Source: Vicugna vicugna (lineage: Eukaryota). From it: 64,000 bases of DNA. The notes below the pieces were generated by a model, which was given only the letters and a program-made list of their open reading frames with translations, had not been told where the DNA came from and ran no database searches. A program made the position numbers and the translations under genes. Where the stretch lies: positions 2,666,001 to 2,730,000 of the forward strand of contig MU058000.1 in the NCBI GenBank assembly GCA_013265495.1, given 5' to 3'. This document shows, one piece after another, positions 25,149-37,190 of this stretch; positions within the stretch are counted from its first letter, which is position 1; each line of letters begins with the position of its first letter.

Positions 25149-26647
25149 ATTTTCCTGAATCACAAAGCAATATTATCTTTCAAAGACTTGCATAGAGTTA
25201 GACACCTTTCTCAAAGTTACATTTCAGAATGCTTTATATATCGAGAAAATTAATGTCACCACTGTGAGGTTCTAAGGTAGGTAGTCACTAGCATGACACT
25301 CTCTGTATATTTGCTTCTAAATTTCTGCCCTAAGATTGAGGCATGATACTGGGTTTGGTGGCGATGGTGTGGGAAGTGAAGTGGAGGTGCTTATCCTACT
25401 GAACACTGGAAATTTAAACCTGCCATCGATTGTTCATAAAATAGATATCCCATAAGCCAACTCTTATAAAGAAAGATATAGAAGAAATATAGGTATATTA
25501 TGCCCTAAGGACACTCTACCAGAATCTCTTTCTCCTGGCTATTCTGAACAGTGAACTTAAAATTATAGAATACAGTTAAATTTTGCAGTTTTACGTTCTA
25601 CAAGACTTTATGATACTTACAGAAATTGAAATGGAAATCAGACCAGCCAACAGAAGTATAAACACACAAGATGCTCAAAGGGAGTGCACGGGCAGGCAGC
25701 TTGGAGCCCATTGAATTTTATGTATTCAATGGAAGTAATATTCTTTAGGCTTTAACGCCTTTATTCAAGCAACAATAAAACAAGCTGCCTCACATGAGTC
25801 TTCTCTCATGTACGACTGTAGCCTCTCAATTTGTGAAAGAATTGATATCCATATGCATAAAAGTCTGTTCCTTTTACTGTCTAAGCAGGCTATGTGGTGT
25901 TAGTGTGGTGGTTTTTTTTTTTTTTTTTGAAAAAGTGGGTTATTTCAAATGCTCACATTGCAAAACAAACCAACACTGTTTCTCAGAGAATGAAGCTCAC
26001 TAAATGTTTGCTGCTGGCAAATGGATATGCTCTGAAGCCATCCCGCAAGTTTGCTTTGACAGATGTCAGCTGATGGACATTTGCACAAAAGTGTCTGAAA
26101 TGCCTTATTTTACACCCAGTGTCAGTTGGCACATTACTTTCTTGTACCTTCTGTGTTTCCATTAAATTAGGTTGGAAACAAAGCCTCCTATTTACTGAGC
26201 AAATTCTTTTCTATGTGAAATGGTGAACAATTACAACCATTACCCTGTCAACCACTTCCATCAGTTCAATTAACAACGCCCGCGCACTGCATTCTGAATC
26301 ACAGTCACCCTGAGTGGAGCTTGACGCTGGCATTCAGGACTGGGGAAAAGTCTCTGATCATGTTGGGGTGATGGTGGAAGGCCCTGTCATTTATAGCCTT
26401 CTTGTGGATTCTGAGAGGGTTAATCATGTTCTATGAACTCTGGCACAGTATCATGTCCCCATTCAAAGGAAGATCTTTCCATGATTTAACAAAAAGCCAT
26501 TATGAATATCAAAGATATGCAATGAAAACACATTTTGATAAATTAAGTATTAACAGAGGCAAAATATGCCAGTAGGAGATTGTACTGTATTTTTTTTAAC
26601 CAGGAGTTGAATACCTATGTATTCAAGACATTGTCAAATTCAATACT

Positions 26648-26850
26648 AACTAATACATATAAAATAGATAAACAAGTTTATACTGTATAGCACAGGGGGC
26701 CATATTCAATATATTGTAGTAATTTATGGTTAGAAAGAATGTGAAAATTAATATATATATGTCCTTATATGACTGAAGTATTGTTCTGCACACCAGAAAT
26801 TGCTACAACGTTGTAAACTGACTATACTTCAATAAAAATATATTTTAAAA
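26648..26850 (+). mobile_element. Young L1 3' UTR fragment
   Basis: aaacaagtttatactgtatagcacaggg..gtaaactgactatacttcaataaaaa; similar to 23960-24150. Confidence 0.9.
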
Positions 26851-27440
26851 GATTATAGACATCTTAATGGACATGAAGTGGTATCTCACTGTGGTTTTTT
26901 TAAAAAAAAAACACTTGGCTAGTCTTTGTTTAATATTTATTTATTTAATCTATTTTATTTATTTACTTTAATTAGTGTGAGAAAGTAGTTAGATTTACTT
27001 ATTTATTTTTAGAGGAGGTACTGGGGATTGAACCGAGGACCTTTTGTATGCTAAGCATGTGCTCTACCCCTTGAGCTATACCCTTCCCCCGACTGTGATT
27101 TTAATTTGCATTTATTAATGACTAATTATGTTGAGCATCTTCTCATGTTCTTAGTAGCCATTTGTCTACCTTCTTTGGAGAAGTACCTGCTCAAAGCCTT
27201 TGCCCATTTTGAAACTGTGCTTTTGTCTTTTTATTCTTGAATTGTAAAAGTTCTAAATATATTCTAGATATTAACCCTTTTCCAATATACCATTTGCCAA
27301 TATTTTTACCCATTCGGTGTCTTTTCACTTTTCACTTGAACTCATAAACATTTTTAATTCTTATGAAGTCTGATTTATCTGTTTTTATTTCAGTTGTTTG
27401 TGCTTTAAGTGCCATGTTTAATAAACTATTGCCTAATTCA
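26851..27440 (-). mobile_element. Older L1 ORF2 3' fragment, interrupted by a SINE
   Basis: gaagtggtatctcactgtggtttt | aatttgcattt..gttgagcatcttctcatg..cttctttggagaag. Confidence 0.88.
26899..27091 (-). mobile_element. tRNA-Ala-derived SINE, camelid Vic-1 type
   Basis: Antisense head ggaggtactggggattgaaccgaggacc..tgctaagcatgtgctctacc..gagctatacc with A/B boxes, AT-rich tail, TSD actgtggtttt / actgtgatttt. Confidence 0.88.
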
Positions 27441-29261
27441 AAAAAAAAAGGGAAAAATAGAAAAAAAAGTGAGTAAGTTTAAAACTCCAAAATATCGTCA
27501 TATTTTCTGTGTTTCTATTGGTAATTTTATAATTACCACAAGCCCAACATTATATCAATTTGATCATATACAATTGCAGTAAATATTTCTGAATTATTAC
27601 CTTACCTAACATTCAAAAAAATTTTTTGGTCATAAAAATTTTAGGTATAATAATTCATTTATTATTTACTTATCCTGTAAATCATTCATTAAATAATATT
27701 TTACAAGAGTGACTATAGAATCCTCAACACTTCGCTAGGTCATAAAAGAAGTTTAGTTGACAACAACTGTTTAGCCATCTGAATATTATACATGCAGGTG
27801 ATGAGCAAAATATTTATTTGAGCGATATATATTAATTCAAATTAACCATCATGACAATCTCAAGTGAGCATATCAGAGGATGCTTTTGGGAGGCATGAAG
27901 GAGAGAGATTTTGTAAATGCATAATAATGACATATTCTAAGATTTAACATTAACTTGTTTTTTTTTTACAGAATTATCATGACTGGTTTAATTCATAGTT
28001 GACCAAAGAAGATTGAGAAAAACATGATACTTTAGAAGAAAATGCTTTCAGATTCAATTACAATTTAATCAGTGACCATTTTTGTTGATATTTAAGTTTT
28101 TGGTAATAATCAAAAAGTTTTCAGGTGAAAAACATATTGTGGGTCAAAATAAAGTGTTATTGTTTTCTCCCCTGGGGAAAAAAACAAAAACAAAGCTATA
28201 TTAAGAACTGATTCCATGGTACATCTAACACTATAAACCCTATTTTTCTGTAACATTTTCTGACATATTGGTTGTAAAACTAGATCCCAATAACCTCTGG
28301 GTTTACCATTCAGAACATATTTTTTAAGATGAAATTAACAAAAAAGTTTGAACTGTTCTCTGAATAACTGAGTTCCATAATTCAAGGATGTTGACTCTTT
28401 AAAAGATTTCTTTGAAATTTTATTCCTTATGTATTTTCAAATTATAATTAACTTTTGCAAGTTTTCTATTAGAAAGTTTCCTAAATTTGATTTCAAATAA
28501 CAATCTGAATTAAAAATATAAATTAAATTTGACCAAATGATTACTTGTTGTTCTCTCATTAAGATTTTTCTATTAGACCAATAGTACTGGTCCTCTGCTG
28601 AAAGAGAAACAATACCAGGATTTATTTCTTATATATAGGTTTACAAATCTGATTTTTAAGTTTTTCGCATTTTGTATATCCAGTTATCTTCACACAATAC
28701 ATATCCAATCTACTTAGAAGTGGAATACACATATATGAAGTAAGAAAAAATGGCAGAACAATATGTAAATAAGAATGTGATAATGCCATATGGAGGCAGC
28801 TATGGGAGCTTAAATTGAGCAATGGTCAGAAAGGACTAGACGTAGTGGGGACATATTTCTAAAAGAGAAAAACTGGCAAAATTTAAATTCTTATTTATCA
28901 AGAAAGGGAACCATATGGAGGCTTAAGGATTCTGAGTCAGAGATGATGGTTTCTGATGCAGATCTGCCACATACTAGCTGTGAAGGTGGAAAATCATCTA
29001 GTCTCTTTTGTAAACCGGAAAGGAGAAATTTACATGCTTCAAGGAAGAGTGAAGCTCAATTGTAGTAATACACTGAAAACATTTGTAAACCACAATGTAC
29101 AACAGGATATTAAGAATAATGATTATTACCAAGGTCCCAGGATGAGGACTTCCTTTTTTTGCCTGCCTGCCTGCCATAAAGAAATTGAGTATGCTACAGG
29201 AGTTCAAGGAGAAAGAGAAATAGGGCACAGCAGAACATCCAGCTATCTTCAAGAAAGACTC

Positions 29262-29465
29262 TAGCAGTGTAATGTCCAACAACAGGCATGCGTCATGTGT
29301 AGCCATTTAAACTAACACTTAAATTAGCAAAATTAAATGTAAGCAATAATTCAGTTTTTATGTTATGATAGCCACATATCAAGTGCTTACTAGTCACATA
29401 TGGCTAATGGCTACCATATTGGAGCACGAAGTTACAGATCATTTGATCATCACAGAAGGTTATTT
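29262..29465. mobile_element. MER3/MER33-like hAT-Charlie element
   Basis: tagccacatatcaagtgcttactagtcacatatggctaatggctaccatattgga. Confidence 0.8.
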
Positions 29466-29528
29466 TTTGTTTTTTGTGTTTTGTTTGTTTGTTTCTGTTT
29501 TTGTTTTTGTTTGATAAACTCTGCTTCT

Positions 29529-29716
29529 GTAGTTTTCTATCAGGGCCAATTTTGCTTTCCAGGGGATATCTGGCAATGTCTGGAGACAATTCTGGGTGTC
29601 ACAACTGGACTTGTATGGAGGACAAGGATGCTACCACCGTACATTGAACAAAACAATCTTCCACAACTAAGAATTACCAGGTTCAAAATTTCAGTAGTGT
29701 CAGGCTAAGAACCTCT
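29529..29716. mobile_element. MER20 hAT-Charlie element
   Basis: caggggatatctggcaatgtctggagacaattctgggtgtcacaactgg..ggatgcta..aagaattacc..gctaagaacctctg. Confidence 0.85.
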
Positions 29717-30305
29717 GCTCTAGGGTAAGCAGGGTCAAGTTTAAAGTATGAATTCCCCAGACATGTGCATCCTGGGGGAAGCATTCTCTGGGAGAAAAGA
29801 GTTACCTCTGCTCGTAGCATCGGCCAGGTTTTTGAAAAGGTGCCTTAAGTGTGAAATCAACCTGACATGGAAATCCCCTGACGTGAAATCACCCGCATGG
29901 CCCACGAAGGAATTTATTGCAAGTTCTTAGGAGCAGGGAGCCCTGGAACATAGCTGTAGACAACAAATCAAGGAAATCAAATAAAAATCAACGCTACCAG
30001 GAGGAGCCAGGACCGTGCTTAGGGACAGGCCACTAAGATCAGAGAATAACTATCGATGTTGCTGTCTTTGGACTCCGACATGTGCAGGAAATACAAGAGA
30101 TGAAAGAGGAACATGTTGTCAAAGCAGCCACCTGGCCAGCCCAGGAGGTAATATGAAGGAGTTAATATACCCAATACAGACCTGTAAGTTTTGTCTGTAA
30201 TGAGGAATAATAAAGCATGTGTCCACAGGTGTACTAGAGATTATCTTCAAAATAGTAAGCTATCTTTCACCTTGAAAAGGAGAATAAACCGTCCCCTTCT
30301 AATCG

Positions 30306-30611
30306 TTGTGGACACTGTTATTGCTCTGGAATTACCTTATCAATTCTGTACCCCATCCCCATGTAGATGTCTGACTTTGAGATGCAGAAGAGCGTCTCTC
30401 TTTTCTCAGAGGCAGAGCAACCTCTGGGTGGAATTTAATGCTCCAGAACTCACTGCAAACTCATGCTGGGGTCAGAATTTTGCGTGAAATTACACCTTTG
30501 TTTGGCTTCTTGCCCTTCCCTGACCTGCCCCCAACTCCATGGGATTCCCTTCTGTAAGCTTTTGCTTGCAGATGCTTCAGGACTGGCTTCTGGAAAACCT
30601 GTTTGAAGATA
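30306..30611 (+). mobile_element. LTR16-like ERVL LTR relic
   Basis: tgtggacactgt start; gaaattacacctttgtttggcttcttgcccttccctgacctg; ggcttctggaaaacctg end. Confidence 0.6.
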
Positions 30612-30629
30612 ATAATATTTAGAAGTCAT

Positions 30630-31535
30630 TCATTCTCTCTATAGATTTTATTTTCAAATTACTTTTTTTCTGCTCCTACAGTGATTATTTTCTATCTCAT
30701 TAATCTGAGTTTATTTTTTTTAATCTCTTCAGTTCGAAGGTTAAATCATCAATTTGAGATCTTTCTTCTTTTTTTAATGTATTCATTTATTGTTGTATAT
30801 TTCCTTCTAAGCACTGCTTTTGCTCTGTTCTACAAATTATATATTGTGTTTTGATTTGTATTCAATTTAAAATATTTTCTAATTTAGCTTATGACTGTCT
30901 TTTAGATTACCCTCTTGTCATATTTAATTTATACACATTTGGAGATTTTCCATATATCTTTATGTCATTATTTTTCAGTTTAGTTCTGTCGTGGAGTGAA
31001 AAAACTTTGTATGGTTTAAACTCTTTTGAATGCATATACATTTATTTTATAATGTATTTTGATCAATGTTCCAAGTACACTTGGAAATGTTTGTATTCTA
31101 ATTGTATGTGGAGTGTTCCTTTAGTGCCAAATGGTTCAGGTTGGTTGATAGTATTATTCAGATCTTGGACATCTTTTATTGATTTTTCTGGTTATTTTTT
31201 TTTCTCATCAATTACTTGTAGAAAAACTTTGGACATAATTATAGATTTGTCTATTTTTCCTTTATTTTCTAATAGCATTTGTTCCATGTATTTTAAAGCT
31301 TTGTTGTAGATTCATTTATATTTTGTGTTGTTATAGCTTCTGGGAAAATTTACTCCTTTTTCATTGTGTAGTCTCCCTCTTTATTTAATATTTGTTGCTC
31401 TGAAATCTATTTTTCTGACATTAATAGAACCATTTCAAGTTTCTTTTGAGTGAGGTTGCATGACAGAACCTTTTCCATTCTTTGTGTTATCCTAGATATA
31501 TCTGTATATATGTAATGAGTTTCTTGTATTCAGCA
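30630..31535 (-). mobile_element. Old L1 ORF2 (endonuclease-side) fragment
   Basis: T-rich antisense L1: ttgagatctttcttcttt, ttccttctaagcactgcttt, ttatagatttgtctatttttcc, catgtattttaaagct. Confidence 0.85.
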
Positions 31536-31559
31536 GATAAGAATAGTAGATTTCCTTTA

Positions 31560-33150
31560 CCAGAAAATATTATTTATTATCAAGTAGTAGAAATAAGATA
31601 GGGTGGGATACTAATGACTAATAGATCAATGGGACAGAAATAATTTTTTTAAAATAGAAAATTGTACTTGAACCCATATATGACATAAAGATATTTTTCA
31701 GTTATATATAGTTTATATACATACAGGTTTAATACATATAATATATATTCCACATATTTAAAAGTATATTATTGGCCCAACATGTATAAAGTAGAACTCT
31801 AAACAGTTAGGAAAAATAATGGGAAAACATCTCTGCATCTTTATGACGTAGGCAATGAGAAATGATGTTTTAAACCAAAAAGCAATAGTAAGAAAAATGA
31901 TAAATACAACTCACTTAAAATCAGAAATGTCTGTTTCTCACTCGTCACCACAAATAAACTAAAAAGACCAAACACAAACTGGAAGGAAATATTTGCAGCA
32001 TAAATAATGAATGAAAAATTGCTATACCACATGCATAAAAGAACCATTAAAAAAAGACATAGAAAAAAACAGAAAAATACAAACAAGTATTCGACAAAGA
32101 AGGGAAAACTAATAACCAACATGCATTCATTTGCAAGCAATGAAATGCAGATTAAAATAATGAAGTCCCATTTTCACTCATAAGATTGGCCTAAAAAAAA
32201 AAAAGAAACTTGACAATATAAAGTCACAGAACTAATGTGGAACAGAAATAGACTCAAAGACATAGAATACAGACTTGTGGTTGCCAGGGAGGTGGGGGGT
32301 GGGAAGAGATAGACTGGGATTTCAAAATTGTAGAATAGATAAACAAGATTATACTGTGTAGCACAGGGAAATATATACAAGATCTTATGGTAGCTCACAG
32401 AGAAAGGAGTGTGACAATGAATATATATATGTTCATGTATAAATGAAAAATTGTGCTCTACACTGGAATTTGACACAACATAGTAAAATGATTATAAATC
32501 AATAAAAAAATTTAAAAAAAAGAAATAATGTGGATTGATAAGAAGGTAGATGCAGATGTACTTACAGAAGTAAAATAAATTGCTACCATTACAACAGAAG
32601 ACAACATGATGTTATCTAATAAAACAGAAGATGTAGAAGATTTTTAGCACCTCTCTTTGTAAAAGCAAAAAGTTAGAGGTATCAATAAGAGAAAAGATAA
32701 ATAAATTACAATATATTAACACAATGCAATACTATAGAGAAGACAGCTACAGCCAAACGTATTAATGTGGCTGATTCCAACAAACTTAATTTTAATAAAA
32801 TAGAAACAAAAGGATATTTACAGAATTTTATTAGTTATATAATGTTCAGGAATATGAAACATAAATATCTAACTAAGGTGGTATATGCATAAACTCGTAA
32901 GTGTTAAAGCTGTTAAGATATCCAAGAAAATGATAAACAAAATTTGGAATAGTGATTTTCTATTAGTGTGAGGAAGAGAAATATGATGATTTAGCACACA
33001 GATTATTCTATGTCCTAATCAGGATGGCAGGCAAAGATATGTTTATTATTATTGTATAGCAACAAATTGTATATATTTATATATATATATTTGTACATTA
33101 CATATACTTATCTATTTATATGTGTTAATTATTTCATAATTTTAATCAAA
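31560..33150 (+). mobile_element. Old L1 (L1M-type) ORF2 end and 3' UTR
   Basis: atagatcaatgggacagaa, actggaaggaaatatttgca, gaaatgcagattaaaa, cacaatgcaatactat. Confidence 0.8.
32242..32520 (+). mobile_element. Young L1 3' UTR insertion nested in the old L1
   Basis: acagaaatagactc..cttgtggttgcc..tactgtgtagcacagggaa..aataaaaaaa; TSD agaactaatgtgga (32228-32241) / agaaataatgtgga (32521-32534). Confidence 0.92.
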
Positions 33151-33329
33151 AAAAATCATTTTGTAATGAAATCATTGGCAAGAAAGGAAAAACGTTATTA
33201 AGTTTGTTATAGAAGAAACTATTTTCTATATCACACACATTACCACCATACTTTTCTACTTTGCATGTCATTCACATGTACCAATTAACCAGAAAGTCTC
33301 CCATTTTTCTTTCTCCTGTATCTTCTCCC

Positions 33330-34030
33330 TGTATTAGTCAGGGTCTATTCAGGAAAAAAAGGAAATTGAACACCTCAAATAGGAGTGATGTGGTACAATG
33401 ATCAATTACTAGATATCTCAAATAGGAGTAATGAAGTATAAAGATTGATTACATAGGTGAGCAAAACTTAAAGAGAAGGGGAGATCGTATAGCTCAAGTA
33501 GCAGAATGCATGCTTAGCATACACAAGGTCCTGGGTTCAATCCCCAGTACCTCCTCTAAAAATAAGTAAATCTAATTATCCCCCTAAAATGAATAACCTA
33601 ATGACCTCCCCCTAAATAGATGAAAAAATAATAAGTTCAAAATTAAGTTAATTTTTTTAATTTTTAAAAATTAAAAGAAAATTAAGAAAAAGGGAGGTAA
33701 ACTAACGATGATCAACTCCAGGAAGAATGGGGAATAAAAAGAAGAAAGGAGATTTCTGAGCCAGGAATTGGGAGCAGAAGGAGGCTCCCACTCCACAGGT
33801 TACCACCTCCTCCAGCACTGAGATCTGGGAGGAAGAACCACTCCCTCAGGTGCTGGGACCAAAGAAGCAGTGCACCACTTCTGAGACTCCATGAACGAAA
33901 GGAAAAGAGAAAGAGTAAATGGAAGAAATCCTGCCTTCTAATCTGCCCCCTGTGCCTCTTGTTGATAGAACTTAACAATCAGCCAACAGGCAAAGGAACA
34001 TGAGGAATGTGGTATGCAGGCTCCTGATTC
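33330..34030. mobile_element. Old ERVL/MaLR-class LTR relic interrupted by a SINE
   Basis: Starts tgtattagtcagggtctattcaggaaa, a typical ERVL/MaLR terminus; later gatagaacttaacaatcagccaacaggcaaagg; subfamily and end uncertain. Confidence 0.5.
33478..33680 (+). mobile_element. tRNA-Ala-derived SINE, camelid Vic-1 type
   Basis: Head ggggagatcgtatagctcaagtagcagaatgcatgcttagcatacacaaggtcctgggttcaatccccagtacctcc (A box, AGC anticodon arm, B box GTTCAATCC) and AT-rich tail. Confidence 0.9.
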
Positions 34031-35594
34031 TCCATCTTAGTCCCTCAACGTTGACATATCAAGTGTTTACACAGAACCCACCCTTGATATGAAACCCTGC
34101 ACAAAATTACACACAAATAAAACAGGATCTTGTTCTCAGGACCAAGAGCTGAGAGTAGAAAGGTGTGGTGTGCCATAAGATCAGGAGGCTTGCGGGTCTG
34201 TGTTTGGGAGATGGAGTTGCTATGATGCTTTGCAATCAATTGCACTCTCAGAGCGTCCCCATAAGACAAATCCAAAACAGCAAAGAACAGGACCCAACAA
34301 GAGCCAACTCCTGCTGCTGGATGTGCTATGAAATACTGATTCACAGTCCGCACCCTCCCTCTTGATCTTATCCTAAGAGGGAGAGGAACATGGAGTTTAG
34401 GGTGAGGGACTCTATCATTTGCTTTTCCTACCCTTTTCTTTTGCCCTTTAATTTAGTAATTTAAAAAATAAGTATTCTTCTTCATCTGGTACGTGGTTTT
34501 CATGAGTGGCCATTCTGAAGTCAATCCACTATTAATTTTAATCCTTATTGCTACAGCCCAACCTACTATATTAAGTGATTTTCTTTAAAGTGTTCTTTCT
34601 TCAAAAGCCACCTTCCTCATTCACTCTTTATCCCTTTAAAGGACATACGCTGGGCAAATATTACTCCCAGTACACCATCACTAAGAGCAAAGTCAAGTCA
34701 GAACACTTCGCCTCTAGACTTTGGCAAGTGAATGTGCTCGGTCGACTCTCAGTTTGTTGGATGTAATTTATTTCTCTAGTCTCTCTCGACTGCTACTGTC
34801 ATAGAAGATGAGAATTACTTTCACCTTAATACCAAGCCGGCAACGCTAACTAAGATAAAAGGAGATAAGGATGGGAATGGGTTGAAGGAGAAAAAAATAT
34901 CAGCCCAGGGCACAATTCAAATGACCTGTAAGGAACTGTTAGATAATTGCAGATTTTTATTTTCCGGAGAACGATTGGAACATCGGGAATACAAGAAGAG
35001 AGCGATAGATGCATTATTTCTTTAAAAGATTTGGTTGGGATGTAAGAATAACAGACACAAGCCTCTGGGTTTAGCAGAATCATTAGGGTGAAATAATGTA
35101 CGGGACTCCAAAAATACGTCAAAAAGCAATACGGGATCTAAGCTAATTCCCAGCAGTTTGAATTTATTATTTATGATGCCAGTTAAACAAAGCTAATGTG
35201 CTCTGCAAAAGTGGTTATAGCTGCTGTGCAGTATTAGTAGAAATTAGTCAGATGTTACCAGCTCAATACAAAGTAAATTTGCAAAGGTTTCTGCAAATGA
35301 CAGTTTGGCTGAGTTAACATGACAGTTGAGAGCGTCTACGCTGTTTCGGTATTGGCAAGTGGGTTTAGAACCGAAGTCAGCATTTATCAATGTAGAAAAC
35401 AAATTAAACCGAAGTGGGGGAGGTGCGGTAATGAGCTCCAGCACTTCACGCTTGGTGCAGAAAGAGCCCATCACATCATCCTCCCCTCTAATTCATCTCT
35501 TATGAGTTTAGAAGAAAAGCTATTAAGTCACCTACTTCATGTTGTGGGGATGCTTCTCCGTCCAGCTTCTTCTCACAAAATCGCGTCCTCTCGG

Positions 35595-35612
35595 AATGCC
35601 CTCTAGCAGCGA
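35595..35612 (-). promoter_or_regulatory. Candidate CTCF site
   Basis: Minus strand CTGCTAGAGGGCA differs at one position from the CCRSYAGRKGGCR core; lies in a CpG-retaining patch. Confidence 0.4.
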
Positions 35613-35866
35613 GACCTGCCCTCCAGGACGGCAGCTATGGCTGCAGTCGGCTTGCTGTTTCTCAAGGAAATGGTACAGGAGGGGCTTGTTTGACAATATT
35701 GGGTTGATTAGTAATTGTGCTAATCAAAATATATGTACTCATAACACCTTATTTTTAATTTGTAAATACTTTATCATAAATATATTGATGACATTTTTGA
35801 TAATAAGCTTATGGCAATAAAATATTGGCTCTTTTTGAAACTTACACAAAACATCAAGCAACAGAG

Positions 35867-35869
<3 letters not shown>

Positions 35870-35904
<35 letters not shown>
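35870..35904 (+). repeat. (CA)n microsatellite
   Basis: Directly visible. Confidence 0.97.
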
Positions 35905-35907
<3 letters not shown>

Positions 35908-36790
35908 TCAAAAATTTCATTTATGCTTCTCAGTCTAAACAGGGATATGTGGGCCTAAGGAAAATTCATCTTCAGATTAAGTTTAAATAATTCCTGCTCT
36001 GCCTCCCCTTCTCTTCTTTCCTTTGATGAGAACATACTGCACTCTTTTTAAACATTAATTTTCCCTTCTTTGGGGATAAAAAAGGGACAATATTCCATTC
36101 CCCATGGAACTTACAGCCAATCACTAGACTGGTAAACTATAGGAACTGTAACAATACTGTGTGCATTTTGATGAGTATAAAGATAACTGGTGTATTTCTT
36201 ATGAATAATTTTATACTTGGAGTATGGGACTGCAGACACTGTATGCAAATACATGCAAATTAATCAAAAGTACAGATTCAGATCATGAACCAGACTCTTA
36301 AAGCAAACATGCGATTATTCAGCGTTGTATTCATGGTGATTAACTTTCTTCTCTCCATTAATAGTTGAATGTTTGTCACCTCTATTCTAAAATAACTGTA
36401 TCCATTATTCCATTCGGTTCCCTTTCTCTCCCTGGACTCTTGCACTGGCCTCTGACCTATTCCTATTGATCTTCTGAAGATTATTTGTAGTTTAATAAGG
36501 TCTCTAGACCATCAAAGCAAATAATACAGAATTTCAGATACTTCGGTAGTAAAGTGATCATCTTAGACACCATTTAGTTTAATCATATGACACCTACTTA
36601 TGACACTTGCCTCAAGTCAAATATACAGTAGCATACACCTGCAGCTGTTTCTATGGCATTTTCTTATCTGAGCTTCGATATTTTAAAAATAGATGAAGCA
36701 GGTATAATGACTATATTATATCTGAGTAAACAAAGGTCCCGAAGCAAGAAGTAGCAGGCTTCAGGTTGCCTATAAACTAACAGAATTACG

Positions 36791-37190
36791 TGCATCAGTT
36801 TGTTCAGGCTGCTGTAACAAAGTACCACAAACTAGGTGGCTTAAACAGTGGAAGCTCACTGTCTTAGGGTTCTGGAGTTCAAAAGTCTGGGATCGAGACA
36901 TCGGCAGGTTTGGCTGCTTCTAAGGACTCTGAAGAAGGGTCCGTCTCTCTCTGGCTTGTGTTTGGTTGTCTTTATGTTCAAATAGCATCCTTCCTATATG
37001 TAAGCCTGTGTCCAAATTTCCCCTTTTCATGAGAACACCAGTCATATGGGATTAGGGTCCATCCGAATGCCCTCACTTTAAGTTGATTACACCTGTAGAG
37101 TCCCTATTTCCAAATCAAGTCACATTCTGAGTTACTGGAGGTTAGGGCTCCAACATACGAATCTAAAGGGACACGTTTCAACTCAAAACA
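36791..37190 (-). mobile_element. MLT1 (MaLR) solo LTR
   Basis: ggctgctgtaacaaagtaccacaaactaggtggcttaaac..ctatttccaaatcaagtcacattctgag; 5-bp TSD ttacg/ttaca. Confidence 0.92.

Noticed and set aside
30851..32476. Hydrophobic ORFs resembling membrane proteins
   Set aside because: T-rich antisense L1 sequence produces Phe/Leu/Ile-rich translations.
33478..33555. tRNA-Ala gene
   Set aside because: Mismatched stems, AT-rich tail and a second diverged copy with TSDs show it is a SINE head.
33655..33676. 22-bp perfect palindrome
   Set aside because: Pure A/T low complexity in a SINE tail.
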